This document shows positions 1-9,144 of a DNA stretch of 64,000 nucleotides, piece after piece. Under the pieces are notes generated by a model that saw only the letters and a program-made list of their open reading frames with translations, had not been told where the DNA came from and searched no databases. A program made the translations under genes and the position numbers. Location: assembly GCA_022072175.1 (NCBI GenBank), contig JAJVIE010000003.1:1134483-1198482 (forward strand), written 5' to 3'. The first letter of the stretch is position 1, and each line of letters opens with the position of its first letter. The DNA comes from Candidatus Omnitrophota bacterium (GTDB lineage: Bacteria > Omnitrophota > Gorgyraeia > 2-02-FULL-51-18).

Positions 1-121
1 CGGTTTTACCATGGGACTGCTGGGCGGGCGCGCAGCCGGCGAAGAACATCGCCGTCAACACGAAGATCGCCGCGAAACGGCGCAAAAGCGTCAATTCATA
101 AAACTTTTTAAAAGAGTGCAT
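1..121 (-). CDS. Partial lipoprotein gene: N-terminal 40 codons only, with the body running off the left edge of the window
   Basis: Reverse-complement of 1-121 reads ATG CAC TCT ... = MHSFKKFYELTLLRRFAAIFVLTAMFFAGCAPAQQSHGKT. This is a classic lipoprotein signal: positive n-region, hydrophobic core, lipobox FAG-C. It is absent from the ORF track because it is under 60 codons inside the window. An AT-rich putative promoter region lies at 122-282. Confidence 0.45.
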   Translation of the reverse strand, partial: MHSFKKFYELTLLRRFAAIFVLTAMFFAGCAPAQQSHGKT

Positions 122-282
122 TCGCGTATGCTATCAAGGCTGCCTAAGGTTCGTCAACTGTTGTTTTTGCTGATTATTGATGCGCTTTACTTTCCGGCCA
201 TCGCCGGTGCCCTGGGGGAGGGTCGTGGGGATCGTATATCGTAGTCTATCCTCCACAGCGCCGCGTTTCAAGGGGCTCTTGC

Positions 283-774
283 TCAATCGCGGGAAGTTCC
301 GCCCTGCTCCAGACAGCCCTTGGCGATGAGCTCCTTCCAGGCGGACGGCTCGCGGACCCCTTTCATGACGATCTCCACGCCGTCGGTGCCCGCGGTGCCG
401 ACCAAGAGATCGCCGAAATGCAGGAGCCGGCCGATGAGGTTCTGCTTCACGTTCATGGACCTCACGTGCGCCACAAGGACCTCGTCCACGCTCCGGGACA
501 GGATGCCCCCCCGGGCGCTCACACGCAGATCGGTGACCCGGTACAAGCGGTTCATACGATCGAGCCAGACGTATCCGATCACCAACAGCCCCGCGCCGAA
601 CAGAGGCAGAAGAAGCGCGCCGAACAACAGTTCCAGCCAGTAACTGGCCCAGACGGGGCGCTCGCTCGCCAACACGCGCTCTTCCAACGACCGCTCCCCG
701 AGACGTTCTCCGCAATAGCGGCACCGGACGGCCTCATCGCGGACCTCCTCGGCGCAGGCGGGACAGGTCTTCAT
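283..774 (-). CDS. Zinc-ribbon, TM and bacterial PH-domain (YdbS/DUF304-like) membrane protein, translationally coupled to ppc
   Basis: The internal Met (MKTCPACAEEVRDEAVRCRYCG) of track ORF 283..1269 sits at 772-774 and forms an ATGA overlap with the ppc stop at 774-776. CxxC..CxxC ribbon, one TM helix (WLELLFGALLLPLFGAGLLVIGYVWL), then a PH-like beta region. The upstream part of the track ORF overlaps ppc in another frame and is spurious. Confidence 0.6.
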   Translation of the reverse strand: MKTCPACAEEVRDEAVRCRYCGERLGERSLEERVLASERPVWASYWLELLFGALLLPLFGAGLLVIGYVWLDRMNRLYRVTDLRVSARGGILSRSVDEVLVAHVRSMNVKQNLIGRLLHFGDLLVGTAGTDGVEIVMKGVREPSAWKELIAKGCLEQGGTSRD

Positions 775-3494
775 CAGCCCGTGCTTTTCATGCCGAAAGC
801 GATGCCGTTGACCGTCAACAGAAGGACATCGTGGAGGCCCGGCTCCTCCGAACCGCGCCGGATCTCCTCCATGAAACGGACCTGCATGTAATGGAGCGGG
901 TCGATGTAGGGATTGCGGAGACGGATCGATTCCTTGAGCACACGGTTGAAATCCAGGAGTTCCTTGTGGCCCGCTAACCGGAGCGCCCCTTTGACCGAGC
1001 GCTCGTATTCCCCGGCGATACGGCGGTGAAGGTCCTCGGCCAGACGCGTGTCCGAGGCGAGCTTGACGTAGTGCGCGGCCATGTCCATATCGGCCTTCGC
1101 CAGGGACACCTGCACGTTGTTGATCAGGGAACGGAAGAACGGCCAGTGCTCGTACATTTCCCGGAGCTCCGCCTCCCCGCCCTCCCGGCGTGTGTACTCG
1201 TCGAGCGCGTGGCCGATACCGTACCAGGCGGAGATGATGTACCGGGACTGGATCCAACTGAACACCCACGGGATCGCGCGCAGGTCCTCGAAAGAACGGC
1301 GGGCCGAACGCGCCGCCGGGCGGGAAGCGATCCGCGCGTACTGCAAAAGCCCGATGGGCGTCACGTCCTGGTAGAAATCCAGGAACCCGGGCGTTTCGTA
1401 GATCAGCCCCCTATAGTAGGAGAACGACAGATCGGACAGGCGCTCCAAACGCGACTCCCAGACCGGCAGGCGCGGATCGCTGCGGTGCTCGCCGGAGCTG
1501 ACCAGGTTGGTCCAGGCGACGGCCGTGATGAGCTGTTCGATGTTGCGCTCGGCGATGGCCGGATTGGCGTACTTCTGGGCGATGACCTCACCCTGCTCGG
1601 TGATCTTCATGCTCGCGCCGCTGGCGGCGAACGGCTGGGCCAGGATCGCGCGATGGGAGGCCCCGCCGCCGCGGTCGATGGTCCCGCCCTTGCCGTGGAA
1701 CAACCTCAGAGCGATGCCGTGCCGAGCCGAGGTCTCGGCGAGTTTCTTCTGCGAGACGTACAGTTTCCAGTTGGCGGTGAGATAGCCTCCGTCCTTGGAG
1801 CTGTCCGAATAGCCGAGCATCACCTCCTGCTCCAACCCGCGCGCTTCCAGGTACGACCGGTACAGCGGCACCGAGAAGAGCCGGTCGAGGATCTCGTGAC
1901 AGCGTTCGAGCGAGTGGATGGTCTCGAAGAGCGGCACGATCCCGATGCGCGCTTGCGTCACGCGGCCCTTCTCGACCCGGATCAACCCCCTCGACCGCGC
2001 CAGGCAGAACAGGCCCAGGAGGTCCGCGGGCCCCTCGGTCATGCTCAGGATGTAATCCTCCACGCTTCCGGGGCGCTTGCGGTCGAGACGGGCCAGCATG
2101 TCGAGCTGCTCGATCAAGTCGCGGGACACCGGGCTCAACCGGGACAACTGCACACGGACCGGACGCTTGACCCCGATCTGGGCGACGAGGAACGCCTCGT
2201 TGACCTCCTGGCCCGAGTAGATCTCCGACAGAGCCTGGCGCACCTTGCCGCTGTGGTCCCGGAGATCGAGCTTGGCCAGATGGAACCCGAAGCACTCCGC
2301 CTGACGCATCAGACGCTCGACCTCGACCGCGGCCAGCTGACCGCGGTTCTCCCGCAGGCTGTCGCGCACCAGGCGCAGGTCCTCGACGAATTCGGCCGGT
2401 GATGCGTAACCGCAACGCCGCCCGCTCTGCGTCTCCTGGAGCTTGCGATGCACGAACGACAGTTTTTTGCGGTAGACCTCGTTGTGCTCGTAGCGCTCGA
2501 GCTCCGCGGCCAGGGACGGGAAATCCTTCTTGTGCTGGGCCAGGGACCTCTTGAGCCGGTCGCTGACCGCGACCAGCCGCTCGGACTGGCTGAAACGCCG
2601 GATGAGCGTCTCGACGGCCGACAGATAGTGCCTGAAAATGACGCGTTCCTGCAGTTCGAGCGTGCGGCGGGTGGTCTCCGGCCGGACCTCGGGGTGACCG
2701 TCGCGGTCCGCGCCCACCCAGGAGCCGAACTTCAGCTGGGGCCGTCCGACGGCCTGGCGGCCGTACACGCGGCGGTACTCGCCGGCCACGCGCTCCTGGA
2801 CCTCGGGCACCAATCCGAGGATCGTCCGCTGAAAATAGAACAACACTCCCTCCACCTCATCGAAGACCTCGACCTTACGGCGGCGGGTTTCGGAGGTCTG
2901 CCAGAGCACTTCGAGGGCGCCCTTGATCACGTCGGCGCAGGCGGAACGCTCGCGCGGAGTCAGGTCCTCGCGCGCCGACACCGGCAGCTGCGAGGCGACG
3001 CGGAGCAGGTGATCGAGCACCGTACGGCGCTTGGCCTCGGTCGGATGGGCGGTCAACACCAGCTCCAGTCTCAAGCGCCCCAGGAACTCCCCGACGGCCT
3101 CGGGCGAAAGCCCTTTGAGACGGAGGTCGGTGAACAGCTTGCGCAGCGACATGTCCTGCAGCGTCGCCTCGTCGCGGTCGTACTCGCGGATGCGGCGCAC
3201 ACGCTGAGCTTCCTCGGCGAGATTGACGAGCTGAAAGTAGATCGTGAACGCCCGGGCGACCTTGAGCGACTCCTCCAGCGAGAGACCCCGGATGACACGG
3301 CGCAGTTCCGTGACGAGCGAGGGCTGGGGGGAGGTCCGGATCTTCTTGGCGAGGCTCCGGACGAGCTCGATCGTGGCGAAAAGGCGCTCCCCCTCCTGCT
3401 CACGGATAACGTCCCCGAGGAGCGTGGTGAGGTACCTCACGTCCTTGCGCAGCGGACCCATGGTCTCGGTCGAAGTCTTGCGTTCGGGGGTCAT
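774..3494 (-). CDS. ppc: Phosphoenolpyruvate carboxylase
   Basis: 906 aa. Motifs VLTAHPTE and FHGKGGTIDRGGG, C-terminal ...GMKSTG. Length and architecture typical of bacterial PEPC. Confidence 0.95.
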   Translation of the reverse strand: MTPERKTSTETMGPLRKDVRYLTTLLGDVIREQEGERLFATIELVRSLAKKIRTSPQPSLVTELRRVIRGLSLEESLKVARAFTIYFQLVNLAEEAQRVRRIREYDRDEATLQDMSLRKLFTDLRLKGLSPEAVGEFLGRLRLELVLTAHPTEAKRRTVLDHLLRVASQLPVSAREDLTPRERSACADVIKGALEVLWQTSETRRRKVEVFDEVEGVLFYFQRTILGLVPEVQERVAGEYRRVYGRQAVGRPQLKFGSWVGADRDGHPEVRPETTRRTLELQERVIFRHYLSAVETLIRRFSQSERLVAVSDRLKRSLAQHKKDFPSLAAELERYEHNEVYRKKLSFVHRKLQETQSGRRCGYASPAEFVEDLRLVRDSLRENRGQLAAVEVERLMRQAECFGFHLAKLDLRDHSGKVRQALSEIYSGQEVNEAFLVAQIGVKRPVRVQLSRLSPVSRDLIEQLDMLARLDRKRPGSVEDYILSMTEGPADLLGLFCLARSRGLIRVEKGRVTQARIGIVPLFETIHSLERCHEILDRLFSVPLYRSYLEARGLEQEVMLGYSDSSKDGGYLTANWKLYVSQKKLAETSARHGIALRLFHGKGGTIDRGGGASHRAILAQPFAASGASMKITEQGEVIAQKYANPAIAERNIEQLITAVAWTNLVSSGEHRSDPRLPVWESRLERLSDLSFSYYRGLIYETPGFLDFYQDVTPIGLLQYARIASRPAARSARRSFEDLRAIPWVFSWIQSRYIISAWYGIGHALDEYTRREGGEAELREMYEHWPFFRSLINNVQVSLAKADMDMAAHYVKLASDTRLAEDLHRRIAGEYERSVKGALRLAGHKELLDFNRVLKESIRLRNPYIDPLHYMQVRFMEEIRRGSEEPGLHDVLLLTVNGIAFGMKSTG

Positions 3495-3509
3495 TCGGTC
3501 TCCTTTGCA

Positions 3510-3534
3510 GACACCGGATTATATCACTGGTGTC
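3510..3534. promoter_or_regulatory. Inverted repeat GACACC-N13-GGTGTC in the ppc/purK divergent promoter region
   Basis: gacaccggattatatcactggtgtc lies between the ppc start (3494, minus) and purK start (3589, plus). The AT-rich core (attatat) resembles a -10 region. Candidate operator. Confidence 0.3.
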
Positions 3535-3588
3535 CACGGACGGGCATGGCTCTTTATCTTTGGGGCCGGGCGTGCTAATTTAAGCCCC

Positions 3589-4734
3589 ATGAACCCCTTC
3601 CGCAAATCCTCTTACCGCTTGGGCATCGTCAAAGGCGGTCAGTTGGGCAAGATGATGCTGCAAGCCCTCTCGGACTGGAACGTCCGCACCGCCGTGATGG
3701 ACCCGGATCCCGACGCGCCCTGCCGGACCTTGTGCGACACCTTCGTGCTCGGTGACCCTTTGGACGCCGAAGCGCTCTACCGCTTCGGACGCGGGTTGGA
3801 CGCGCTGACACTGGAGTTCGAGAACGTGAACGTCGAGGCCCTCGAACGCCTGGCCAAGGAGGGCGTGCGTGTCTGCCCTCCGCCGGCGGCCCTGCGCATC
3901 GTGCAGGACAAGGGCCTGCAGAAGCTCTTCTACGCCGAACGCGGCATCCCCACCTCCCCGTTCGCGTTGGTGGACGGACGCCGCGAGGCCTCGGGCCACA
4001 CCGGCCTCTACCCCGCTTTCCTCAAGAAACGGCGCTCGGGATACGACGGCCGCGGTGTGATGCGGCTGGAGGATCCCGCCGAAGCGCTCTCCCGGGGGTT
4101 CGAAGGGCCGTGCGTGCTCGAGAAGGCCGCCGACTATCGCGCGGAGATCTCGGTGATCGTCGCGCGGACCGCTTCGGGGCAGAAGGCCTGCTTTCCACCG
4201 GTGGAGCTGGAGTTCCACCCGACCAAGCACCTGGTCGAGTTCTTGCTGGCCCCCGCGCGGCTCGAGGAAGCGGTGCTCTCAAGGGCCCGGGAGCTGGCCG
4301 AACGGCTGAGCGACGAGCTGGAGATCGTGGGTCTGTTGGCGGTCGAGATGTTCGTGATGAAGGACGGCGCGGTGTGGGTCAATGAGATCGCGCCACGCCC
4401 GCACAACAGCGGCCACCACACGATCGAGGCCAACCGCACCTCACAGTTCGCCCAACATCTGCGCGCCGTACTGGACCTGCCTCTGGGGCCGGCCGAGGCG
4501 CTCCTGCCGGCGGTGATGGTCAATCTGCTCGGCGAAGAAGGTCATGAGGGTGAGGCACGCTACACTGGACTCGAGGAGGCGCTGGCCCTGCCCGGCGTCT
4601 ATCCGCATCTTTACGGCAAGAGGTACACGGCCCCGTTCCGCAAGATGGGGCACATCACGATCACCGACACGGACCTGTCCCGGGCCAGACGCGTCGCCGG
4701 GCTGGTGCGCGACAAAGTGAGGGTCCTGGCATGA
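3589..4734 (+). CDS. purK: N5-carboxyaminoimidazole ribonucleotide synthase
   Basis: Starts at MNPFRKSSYRLGIVKGGQLG, which is Met116 of track ORF 3244..4734. The upstream extension overlaps ppc. ATP-grasp PurK motifs are present. A 4-nt ATGA overlap with purE follows. Confidence 0.9.
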   Translation: MNPFRKSSYRLGIVKGGQLGKMMLQALSDWNVRTAVMDPDPDAPCRTLCDTFVLGDPLDAEALYRFGRGLDALTLEFENVNVEALERLAKEGVRVCPPPAALRIVQDKGLQKLFYAERGIPTSPFALVDGRREASGHTGLYPAFLKKRRSGYDGRGVMRLEDPAEALSRGFEGPCVLEKAADYRAEISVIVARTASGQKACFPPVELEFHPTKHLVEFLLAPARLEEAVLSRARELAERLSDELEIVGLLAVEMFVMKDGAVWVNEIAPRPHNSGHHTIEANRTSQFAQHLRAVLDLPLGPAEALLPAVMVNLLGEEGHEGEARYTGLEEALALPGVYPHLYGKRYTAPFRKMGHITITDTDLSRARRVAGLVRDKVRVLA

Positions 4735-5237
4735 GCAAACCCTGGGTGGGCATCATCATGGGCAGTCCGTCGGACCTCGAGGTCATGTCGGGTGCCGCAT
4801 CGGCGCTCGAAGAACTCGGCGTCCCGCATGAGGTCACGGTCGTTTCGGCCCACCGCACGCCCAAGAGGATGTTCGATTACGCCTCGAGCGCCGAGAAGCG
4901 GGGCCTGCGCGTGATCATCGCCGGAGCGGGAGGCGCCGCCCACCTGCCGGGCATGGTCGCCGCGATCACGCCCCTGCCGGTCATCGGCGTGCCGGTCAAG
5001 TCGCGCAACTCCATCGATGGATGGGACTCGATCCTCTCCATCCTCCAGATGCCGGCCGGAGTGCCGGTGGCGACGGTCGCGCTCGACAACGCCCGCAACG
5101 CCGGCATCCTCGCGGCCCAGATCATCGGGGTCCACGATACGGCCGTGCGCTCGCGCGTCCGGTCCTACAAGGAATCCCTCCGGTCCAAGATCGAGAGCTC
5201 CGCCAAGGAGCTCGAGAAGAAAGCCCGCAAGCGCTGA
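4731..5237 (+). CDS. purE: N5-CAIR mutase
   Basis: 168 aa. MSKPWVGIIMGSPSD..., AGGAAHLPGMVAA. Classic PurE. Confidence 0.95.
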   Translation: MSKPWVGIIMGSPSDLEVMSGAASALEELGVPHEVTVVSAHRTPKRMFDYASSAEKRGLRVIIAGAGGAAHLPGMVAAITPLPVIGVPVKSRNSIDGWDSILSILQMPAGVPVATVALDNARNAGILAAQIIGVHDTAVRSRVRSYKESLRSKIESSAKELEKKARKR

Positions 5238-5250
5238 GCGGCGCGCGCCG

Positions 5251-6189
5251 CTAGGAGTGGGCGGCGCCGTCCTTGCGGGGCCAGAGGATCGAGGCGATCA
5301 CGGACAGGGCCAGCACACCCACGATCACACCCAGAGCGATCCCGATCGGCACATGATAATAGTGCGAAGCGAGCATCTTGCAGCCGACGAACACCAGGAT
5401 CACGGCCAGTCCGTAGTTGAGGTAGTGGAAGAGCTTCATCAGTCCCGCCAGCGCGAAATACAGCGCCCGTAGACCCAGGATCGCGAAGACGTTGGACGTG
5501 TAGACGATGAAGGGGTCCGTCGTGATGGCCAGGATCGCCGGGATGGAATCCACCGCGAACACCACGTCCGTCGACTCGATGATGATCAGCACCAGGAACA
5601 GCGGGGTCACGTACCAGCGGCGGTCTTCCTTGACGACCAAGCGGCCCTCCCGATACCCGTCGGTGACCGGCAGGATACGGCGGAAGAACAGCATGACGGG
5701 GTTCTTCTCGGGATGCATCTCCTTATCCTTGCCGCTGCCGATCTTGATGCCCGTGTACACCAAGAACGCTCCGAAGACATAGATGATCCAGTGGAAGCGC
5801 TCGATCAGCGCCACTCCGGCGAGGATGAAGACGGCCCGCATCACCAGAGCCCCGAGGATACCCCAGAACAGCACCCGGTGCTGGTACATCGACGGCACCT
5901 TGAAGTATGAGAACACCAGCACGAACACGAACAGGTTGTCCACGCTCAGGGATTTCTCGAGCACATAGCCGGCGAGGAACTTCATCGCCTTCTCGGGTCC
6001 GGCGAAATGATAGACGCCCAGGTTGAAAGCCAGCGCCAGCGCGATCCAGAACGCGCTCCAACCGAGCGCCTCCCCGAGATGGACCTCGTGGGCCTTGCGG
6101 TTGAACACCGCCAGGTCCAGCCACAACATGACCGCAACGAACGTCACAAAACCGCCCCACAACAACCAAGGACTCATCGTCTCCCCCAT
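5251..6189 (-). CDS. TerC-family integral membrane protein (Alx/YoaE-like)
   Basis: Multi-TM protein with SLSVDNLFVF and AVDSIPAI motifs. Chosen Met (MGETMSPWLL) at 6187-6189 forms an ATGA overlap with the malQ stop. The longer track ORF overlaps malQ. Confidence 0.85.
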   Translation of the reverse strand: MGETMSPWLLWGGFVTFVAVMLWLDLAVFNRKAHEVHLGEALGWSAFWIALALAFNLGVYHFAGPEKAMKFLAGYVLEKSLSVDNLFVFVLVFSYFKVPSMYQHRVLFWGILGALVMRAVFILAGVALIERFHWIIYVFGAFLVYTGIKIGSGKDKEMHPEKNPVMLFFRRILPVTDGYREGRLVVKEDRRWYVTPLFLVLIIIESTDVVFAVDSIPAILAITTDPFIVYTSNVFAILGLRALYFALAGLMKLFHYLNYGLAVILVFVGCKMLASHYYHVPIGIALGVIVGVLALSVIASILWPRKDGAAHS

Positions 6190-8045
6190 CAGATCCGCCC
6201 GGTCCGCTCGACAAGCCCGCGGATCAGCGATGTTTCGGCCAGTTTGGTCAGACGCTCGATCGGAGCCGGCAGCACGATCGACCAGTTGGCATCGCTGGTC
6301 ACTCCCGGAAAGTTGATCCGGTAGTCCCAAGCGTCCATACCGGGCAGTTCCGCCGGCGCCAGCCAATCCTGCAGGAGCTGGACACTGAAGACCGACGCGC
6401 TGTTCAGCGAAGCGCCCAGGGCGGCCCGCAAGAACTCAGGCGTGGCGCGCTCGGACGGCGTCCCCTTGAGCCCCACGGCCGACCAATAATCGCTCCGCTC
6501 GCGGGACGTCGACCGGAAGGCCTCGAAGAGCGCCCTCGGCCGATGACCGCCGACCAGCCGAGACAGGGCCTCTTCGCTGTCCAGGGTCTCTTTCCAGCGC
6601 AACCGCCCGTAGCGCGAGCTCTTCTCATCGAACAGCTCGCCCCGGAGCGTTTCGGCGTCGAGCCCGGCCTCGGCGCACCAGCTGGCGAAAGAATACGTAT
6701 CGATCGTGCCCGCCTCGGCCTCCCACCATTGCCGCAAAGGCGAGATATCATGCGTCGAAACGACGCACACGGCGTTGGGGCGGTATTCCTCGGGGGACTT
6801 GAAAGCGGCGCCGGGGCGGTCCCAGTGCCGGCTCCAGCGCTGGATATCGGTACCCGGAAGCCCGGTCTCGCGGAGCAGGGCGTAGGAACAATCGGGCACC
6901 GTGCCCAAGTCCTCGGCCACCGGCAGCATCCTCGTCGAGCTCAGGATGGCCGACAGGATGCGGCGGCCGTGCGCCTCCCAGATATCGGTATCGGGCGGAT
7001 CGAAGGCCCCCTTGCCGCCCGGAGCGTCCTGAAAAGCCCAGACGCGGAAGATCCCCACGAAGTGATCGAGGCGGAAAAGATCGTAGAACGTCTCGGCGTA
7101 CAAGAGCTTGCGGCGGAGATACCGGTAAGCGTCCTTCTCGATCGCCGGCCAATCGTACGGTGGCATCCCCCAACGCTGACCCTCGGCGAAGCACAGGTCC
7201 GGGGGAGCTCCCGCGGCGAGGTCCAATTTGAAATACCGCTGTTCGGCCCAGACGTCGGCGCTGTCGCGCGACACCAGAAACGGCAGGTCCCCCAAAAGAA
7301 GGACGCCCATACGGCCGAGCGCGGCGTGCGCGGCCGCGAACTGCTCATGGCACTGCCACTGCAGCCATTCGTGGTACTCGATCTCGACCGCGCGCTCTCG
7401 CAGGAACGCCTCGTACTCGGCCCCGCTGCGGTGACGGAACGGCTCCGGCCAGTCCCACCAGGCCCGCTGACCGTAGATCGACTTGAGGACCTTGTACTGC
7501 GCGTACGGCCCGAGCCACTCGGCGCACCGGCGGCGGAACGCCGCGAACGCGGCCGGACGCTTGCCCTGCCGATCGAAGATCGATCGCAGCGCTTCGAGCT
7601 TGGCGCGCTTGACGGCGGTATCGTAGCGGACGCGGCCCTGGGGTCCGTACGTACGGCGGATACGGGCCGCCGCCAGACGTCCCGCTCCGGCGCCGCCGCC
7701 GCGCACGGCCCCGAGGCACAGGTGCATCGGCTCGAGCGCGATGGAACTCTCGGCATCGTACGGTCGGAACGTGTAGCCGACGTCGTTCATCGGCAGGAGC
7801 TGGAGGATGGACAGTCCGGCGGCGCGGGCCCATCGACCCAGCGGCACCAGGTCCGGGTACTCGCCGACACCGGCGGAGGTTTCCGAGTAGACGGAGAACA
7901 GGGGTGTGGCCACGCCCGCGCGGCGGCGGGCGCCGATCCGGGACCAATGCGCGCGGGCCGGACCCTGCAGGAAGGACGCGTACACCGTACCTCCGGTGCC
8001 GGTCGCGCGTCGAGCTCGCCTGAGAGATGGTGCTTGTTTGGTCAT
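6189..8045 (-). CDS. malQ: 4-alpha-glucanotransferase (amylomaltase, GH77)
   Basis: SILQLLPMND motif and GH77-length product. Start MTKQAPSL is Met22 of the track ORF. The upstream Met would overlap the divergent gene. Confidence 0.9.
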   Translation of the reverse strand: MTKQAPSLRRARRATGTGGTVYASFLQGPARAHWSRIGARRRAGVATPLFSVYSETSAGVGEYPDLVPLGRWARAAGLSILQLLPMNDVGYTFRPYDAESSIALEPMHLCLGAVRGGGAGAGRLAAARIRRTYGPQGRVRYDTAVKRAKLEALRSIFDRQGKRPAAFAAFRRRCAEWLGPYAQYKVLKSIYGQRAWWDWPEPFRHRSGAEYEAFLRERAVEIEYHEWLQWQCHEQFAAAHAALGRMGVLLLGDLPFLVSRDSADVWAEQRYFKLDLAAGAPPDLCFAEGQRWGMPPYDWPAIEKDAYRYLRRKLLYAETFYDLFRLDHFVGIFRVWAFQDAPGGKGAFDPPDTDIWEAHGRRILSAILSSTRMLPVAEDLGTVPDCSYALLRETGLPGTDIQRWSRHWDRPGAAFKSPEEYRPNAVCVVSTHDISPLRQWWEAEAGTIDTYSFASWCAEAGLDAETLRGELFDEKSSRYGRLRWKETLDSEEALSRLVGGHRPRALFEAFRSTSRERSDYWSAVGLKGTPSERATPEFLRAALGASLNSASVFSVQLLQDWLAPAELPGMDAWDYRINFPGVTSDANWSIVLPAPIERLTKLAETSLIRGLVERTGRI

Positions 8046-8056
8046 TTCTCGTCTTC

Positions 8057-8062
8057 TATAAT
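8057..8062 (+). promoter_or_regulatory. Candidate -10 box (TATAAT) for the AI-2E transporter gene
   Basis: tctTATAATaacagaggccaaacgacccgATG. A perfect TATAAT sits 20 nt upstream of the 8083 start, in the 37-nt divergent intergenic region. Confidence 0.35.
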
Positions 8063-8082
8063 AACAGAGGCCAAACGACCCG

Positions 8083-9144
8083 ATGGAACAAAAAAACCCC
8101 CTCATCACGTATTCGTTCGCGATCCTGCTGCTGTTCGTGCTGTATCAGGTCACGTTGATCCTGTGGCCGTTCTACATCACGCTCTTCTGGTCGGCGATCA
8201 TCGCTTTCGCCTTTCATCCGGCTTACCGGCGACTGGCGGACCGGATGGGTGGCCGCCGCACCGCGGCCGCTCTCCTGGTGACGGTGGTGATCCTGCTGGC
8301 CTGCGCGCCGCTGGCGTCCCTCTTCCTCTTCAGCCTGGTCTCCGAGTCGCTCCGCTCGTACGCGTGGATCTCGGAGAAGATCACCGGCGGTTCGCTCAAG
8401 AGCACTTTCGACTGGTTCGACGCCTTGCCGATCGTCAACCGGTTGGAGTCGTTCATCGGTTTCGACCTCACGCGCGACCACATCAAGCGCTGGATGCTGC
8501 AGGCCGCGGGGTCCGCCGCCAACTACGCCGCCGCGCACGCCGCGACACTCACCCGGGATGTCCTGAGCGGTATTTTCAACTTTTTCCTGACGTTCTTCCT
8601 GGTGTTCTTCATGCTGAGGGACGGCACCGGGATCCGTCGTTTCGTCTATGACCTGACGCCCCTGGGCAGTGACACCAAGGAACAGATCTTCACGATGCTC
8701 GAGGAGACGTTCGCGGCCGTGCTTCGGGGACAGATCCTGACCGCACTGGCCCAATCCCTGGTGGCGGGCCTGATCTTCTGGGCGCTGGGACTGCCTCTGC
8801 CGGTCCTGTTCGCGACGGTGATGTTCTTCACGTCGATGATCCCGGTGCTGGGAGCGACCTCGGTGTGGCTGCCGTTCGTCGTCTATCTGGTCCTGCAGGG
8901 GGCGATGGTCAAGGCGGGGATCCTGCTGGTGCTGGGGGTCTTCGTGATCAGCTTCATCGACAATCTGCTCAAGCCCTGGCTCATCGGGGACAAGACCAAG
9001 CTACCCTACCTCCTGCTCTTCCTGGGCATCCTCGGAGGTCTCCAGCTCTACGGGATCGTCGGGATCTTCATCGCCCCGGCGGTCCTGTCGCTGTTCTTCA
9101 CCCTCATCAAGATCTATCGCGAACAGTTCCTGACGAGCCGCTGA
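8083..9144 (+). CDS. AI-2E family transporter (PerM/YhhT, UPF0118)
   Basis: 353 aa, 8 TM helices. Its 3' end overlaps the convergent gene by 38 nt. Confidence 0.85.
   Translation: MEQKNPLITYSFAILLLFVLYQVTLILWPFYITLFWSAIIAFAFHPAYRRLADRMGGRRTAAALLVTVVILLACAPLASLFLFSLVSESLRSYAWISEKITGGSLKSTFDWFDALPIVNRLESFIGFDLTRDHIKRWMLQAAGSAANYAAAHAATLTRDVLSGIFNFFLTFFLVFFMLRDGTGIRRFVYDLTPLGSDTKEQIFTMLEETFAAVLRGQILTALAQSLVAGLIFWALGLPLPVLFATVMFFTSMIPVLGATSVWLPFVVYLVLQGAMVKAGILLVLGVFVISFIDNLLKPWLIGDKTKLPYLLLFLGILGGLQLYGIVGIFIAPAVLSLFFTLIKIYREQFLTSR

Noticed and set aside
11-244. 77-aa plus-strand ORF at the left edge
   Set aside because: Overlaps the much better supported minus-strand lipoprotein start. No RBS or recognisable features.
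283-1269. Full-length 328-aa version of the PH-domain ORF
   Set aside because: The N-terminal 165 codons overlap the ppc 3' end in another frame and are Pro/Gly/Arg-rich. The internal Met gives an ATGA-coupled 163-aa protein with coherent domain structure.
1026-2402. 458-aa plus-strand ORF antisense to ppc
   Set aside because: Lies entirely within ppc, a confidently identified PEPC, on the opposite strand. Low-complexity Arg/Gly/Pro-rich translation typical of high-GC antisense frames.
3244-3588. N-terminal extension of purK
   Set aside because: Would overlap the divergent ppc start and promoter region. PurK homology begins at MNPFRKS (3589).
6543-8651. 702-aa plus-strand ORF antisense to malQ
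   Set aside because: Antisense to a recognisable GH77 gene. Composition is Arg/Pro/Gly-rich with no domain signature.
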